A DNA stretch of 64,000 nt. It comes from Paraspadella gotoi. Lineage: Eukaryota > Animalia > Chaetognatha. The stretch covers positions 2,493,476 to 2,557,475 of the forward strand of contig JBJCIZ010000239.1 in NCBI GenBank assembly GCA_051294375.1, in the 5' to 3' direction. Positions 60,941-64,000 of this stretch are shown here, in pieces (the first letter of the stretch is position 1; every line of letters begins with the position of its first letter). The notes beneath the pieces were generated by a model, which made no database searches, had not been told where the DNA came from, and was given only the letters and a program-made list of their open reading frames with translations. The position numbers and the translations under genes are program-made.

Positions 60941-61530
60941 ATGGGAAGATGTTCAGGTATGTTTAATAATAACCAATAGCATTTTGTCGACAAAGGAACA
61001 TTATCTCGAAATATATTTTTGTTTACTTATCACTTAAGTAAAGAACAAAATATCATCTTACCTTCTCTCGATTTGTAGCTAATGTGGAGAAAAGTAATGA
61101 TGCCGTCATGGGGGAGAACGGTGGCATCTCCATCAGTTTAACGGAATGAGAAATATGGTATTGTTTTAATTATTTGTGTTTTATCCGACTTCATGTTTGC
61201 TGAAACATTTGGTCTGTTTCATTAGGTTTTACATTTTCATATGGAGCTTATTCAGCTCAATCGTTGTTTATACTTAAACGGCGCTTATAGTCACCTGTAA
61301 GCTTCAACACAAGTATGGTCGTTTTTATCCATTGGTTATGGTCATCATGGGTGTGATTTCACCACTAACAGGTTGGTTCTTCCGTGACTCATTTTAACTT
61401 TTTTTCACACTTTCTGTTATGGGTAATTTTTTTCAACAGGCGGTTCCTGTACATGCGCCGTCATTGCTGTCGTTTTTACCGCCGCAAGATGGAAGATGTC
61501 CATTAAGGCAATGTGTTTTGGCGTTGGTCA
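60941..61530 (+). pseudogene. Possible decayed multi-exon membrane-protein gene
   Basis: Exon-like blocks flanked by AG/GT give hydrophobic KYGRFYPLVMVIMGVISPLT|GGSCTCAVIAVVFTAARWK, but upstream frames are broken by stops and a frameshift. Family not recognised. Confidence 0.25.
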
Positions 61531-61785
61531 AACTGGACTTTAGATTGCTGTTTCCATGTCGAGAATTCTCGCAACGCTATAGATTTTTGGTGGAATCCAC
61601 CGGTTGTGATCGATTAATTACATGGTTTCCAGTCGCTTTTATTATCGTATTTAATCTAAGTAAAACTTATGTATATCTCTCGGTTAACAATATCTCTTCC
61701 ATATTCGAATAGTTACGACTTTATATATATTCAGTGCAATTAAATTCTTAAAATATGATCTTATGTTGCGCATTGTGCCAAGTTT

Positions 61786-62728
61786 TTAGTCTCTACTCTA
61801 CTCTATAATTCACTTTGTCAGTCCGCCCCCTAAAACTTGTTGGGCATTCACTTATATCATGTCAGAACATCGAATTATGATAATATATTCAAATAAACGA
61901 TGTCCGTCGTCCATCCGTCCGTCCGTCCCACCTTAGCAAAAAACGCCAATTACTCGTGATTGGTGGATGGATTGGAATGAAATTTTGAGTGTGGGTAGGA
62001 AGTATGTGATTGAGCTGGATATGAAGTTTCGATTGAATCGTCCGAGTGGAAATGAGTTTAAATGGAAAAAACAAAAAAATATATTTCACTATTTGAAGAC
62101 CAATTATTCATGAGTGGATTGGGCGATTTGTAGTCGGGCATAGCAAAGTTCACCCCGCTCTAAGCATGACACCTTCAGTCGTGACCCGGTGGCTCATTGA
62201 GTAAAGCCATCAGCTCATGACCACTAGGTACCGGGTTCAATCCCAACCGGTACCTACCCTGCGGGAAGTGTGAGGACGGCCGTAAGCTGCCTTGGGGGTG
62301 TGGAAAACCCTCAAGCCTGGTTCCAACCCCAGGACCCGTTCCATAGCTGCTAGATGGGGTTAAAGATAAGTCATCTTCAGCCCACTTAGCGCCTTATCCA
62401 CAGATTGACGTTAAAATTTGTATGTGGGTAGAAAAGTGTGTGATTAAGCCGGAAATCAAGTTTCCATGGAATCGTTTAAGTGGAAATGAGTTTAAATTGA
62501 AAAAACAAAAAACCTGTTTTCACTAATGATTATGCTTTTTTCTTTTTATATTAAATGTAATTGCAAGATGTAAGAATTAATCAAATAATTAATCAGTTAA
62601 TTAAACAATTAGTCAATTAATTAATAATTAATCAATCAAACAAAACATTAATTAACTTGAATTAATTAATTATTCATTAATTACCGATAATGATCGTGGG
62701 CAGATCCGACATTGTTTGCTCAAACTTG
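61786..62728 (+). mobile_element. HINE family A copy with degenerate 5' end, interrupted by a SINE
   Basis: Same core CACTTATATCATGTCAGAACATCGAATTATGATAA, (GTCC)n and two subrepeats as 25341-28060; identical 3' end GGCAGATCCGACATTGTTTGCTCAAACTTG. Confidence 0.8.
62125..62402 (+). mobile_element. tRNA-derived SINE-like insertion
   Basis: A box TGGCTCATTGAG and B box GGTTCAATCCC; absent from the homologous position of the HINE copy at ~25765. Confidence 0.6.
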
Positions 62729-63110
62729 TTTTTTGTAATTGTACAAGTGGTTTTTGTTATTGGTTTTTTATAAAGATTACCTTCAATATTAGTAGTGTTT
62801 TGTGCTATTTTTATTTTTCTACTACAGCTTAAAACAAGGGACTCATGGCTTCATAAATCTCGATAAGGATTAACAATTACTTATAGCGTTGAAATTCACT
62901 ACTCATGGATGATTCAATTCGTTTTGATCAACATTGATTAAGGAGGGACGGATCCATTAATTTCAAAAAAATTACAAAAATATTTGAAATATTGGAAACT
63001 TTGTCCTGATGGTCACTGATTCATGTTTTCCTGGGCTACAAGATGCACCAATCAAAAATTTTTCTAGTGGTCTACTTTTGAAAAAAATCTGAGATCGGCG
63101 GTTTTATTTT

Positions 63111-63755
63111 TAGTCGGATCTGCTTTCAGCAGATCCCGACTTTATAATTCACTTTGTCAGTCCGTCAGTCCGCCGCCTCAATCTTGTCGGGCATCCATTT
63201 ACATGTCAGAACATTGTATTATGATAATGCAAAAAAAGTGTTCGTCCGTCTATCCATCCGTCCCTGCGTCCGTCCCACCTTAGCAAAAAGCTCCAATAAC
63301 TCGGGGTGGTTGGATTGGAATGAAATTTTGTGTGTGGGTAGAAAAATATGAGTCACATATACTTGAATCTTTTTACTTATTTTAACCCATAATTACTCGA
63401 ATTAATCATAATTGAATTAATAGATTGAGATGAAATTTTGTGTGTGTGTAGGAAAGTGTGTGAAGAAGCTAGATATAAAGTTTTGACAGAATCGTGCCAG
63501 TGGAAATGAGTATAAATGGAAAAAACATAAGTCACATTTACTTGAATCTTTATTATTTATGATTACAAATAAATGTTTTAATTAATTAATTAATGTGAAA
63601 AAATGATGCAAGTTGAAAAAATGATGCGAATTGTAAAAATGATGCGAGTTAATGAAGCAGTTAAAAAATTTTTTTTAAATATTGTGATTTATCATCTGAT
63701 TAGCTGATTACCGCTTAATTATTTTAGGCAGATCCGACATTGTTTGCTCAAACTT
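63111..63755 (+). mobile_element. HINE family A copy, short and complete
   Basis: TTTTTAGTCGGATCTGC..CAGCAGATCCCGAC start, (GTCC)-like repeats and GGCAGATCCGACATTGTTTGCTCAAACTT end. Confidence 0.82.
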
Positions 63756-64000
63756 ATTTACTTTTCAGGTTTTGGAAAGAAAAATTTTGTTTCTGGTTTA
63801 CTTTTTGGGTTTACTATGTTTTTAGAGTTTTTACAAAAAAAATTTCGCTTGAATTAGAAGATGACTATAAAAGAAGAAGCCAATGGTAGTTTTTGTATAT
63901 TCTCAGATTGGAAGATGTGGAATGACATCAATATTGTAATTCTTAAATATCGTTTTAATTGGACCTCTTCTCGTGGATAAAACTTTAAAAAAAGTATCAA

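Overview
Eukaryotic (metazoan, probably invertebrate) genomic DNA with GC/CpG-rich exons and short AT-rich spliceosomal introns. I assembled the gene models by hand from splice sites and from family motifs recalled from memory; no database searches were run. The + strand carries, in order: intronless FIBP, MOB1 (starting only 64 bp after the FIBP stop), an unusually large (~1,180 aa) SLBP-like gene with two histone stem-loop RNA-binding domains, an MFSD13A/TMEM180 transporter, a ~37 kb UNC-79 gene, intronless CCDC115/VMA22 and a BTB-C2H2 zinc-finger gene. A FAM221B-like gene sits antisense inside one UNC-79 intron. Non-coding DNA contains Helentron-associated (DINE-1/HINE-like) elements, foldback elements/MITEs carrying TTAGGG repeats, tRNA-derived SINE-like copies, Penelope-type minimal hammerhead motifs and a 30-bp minisatellite. 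The best leads are the FIBP/MOB1 shared transcription unit, the double-domain giant SLBP, an extra UNC-79 exon that mimics its upstream neighbour, and a young duplication of an intron-exon junction.
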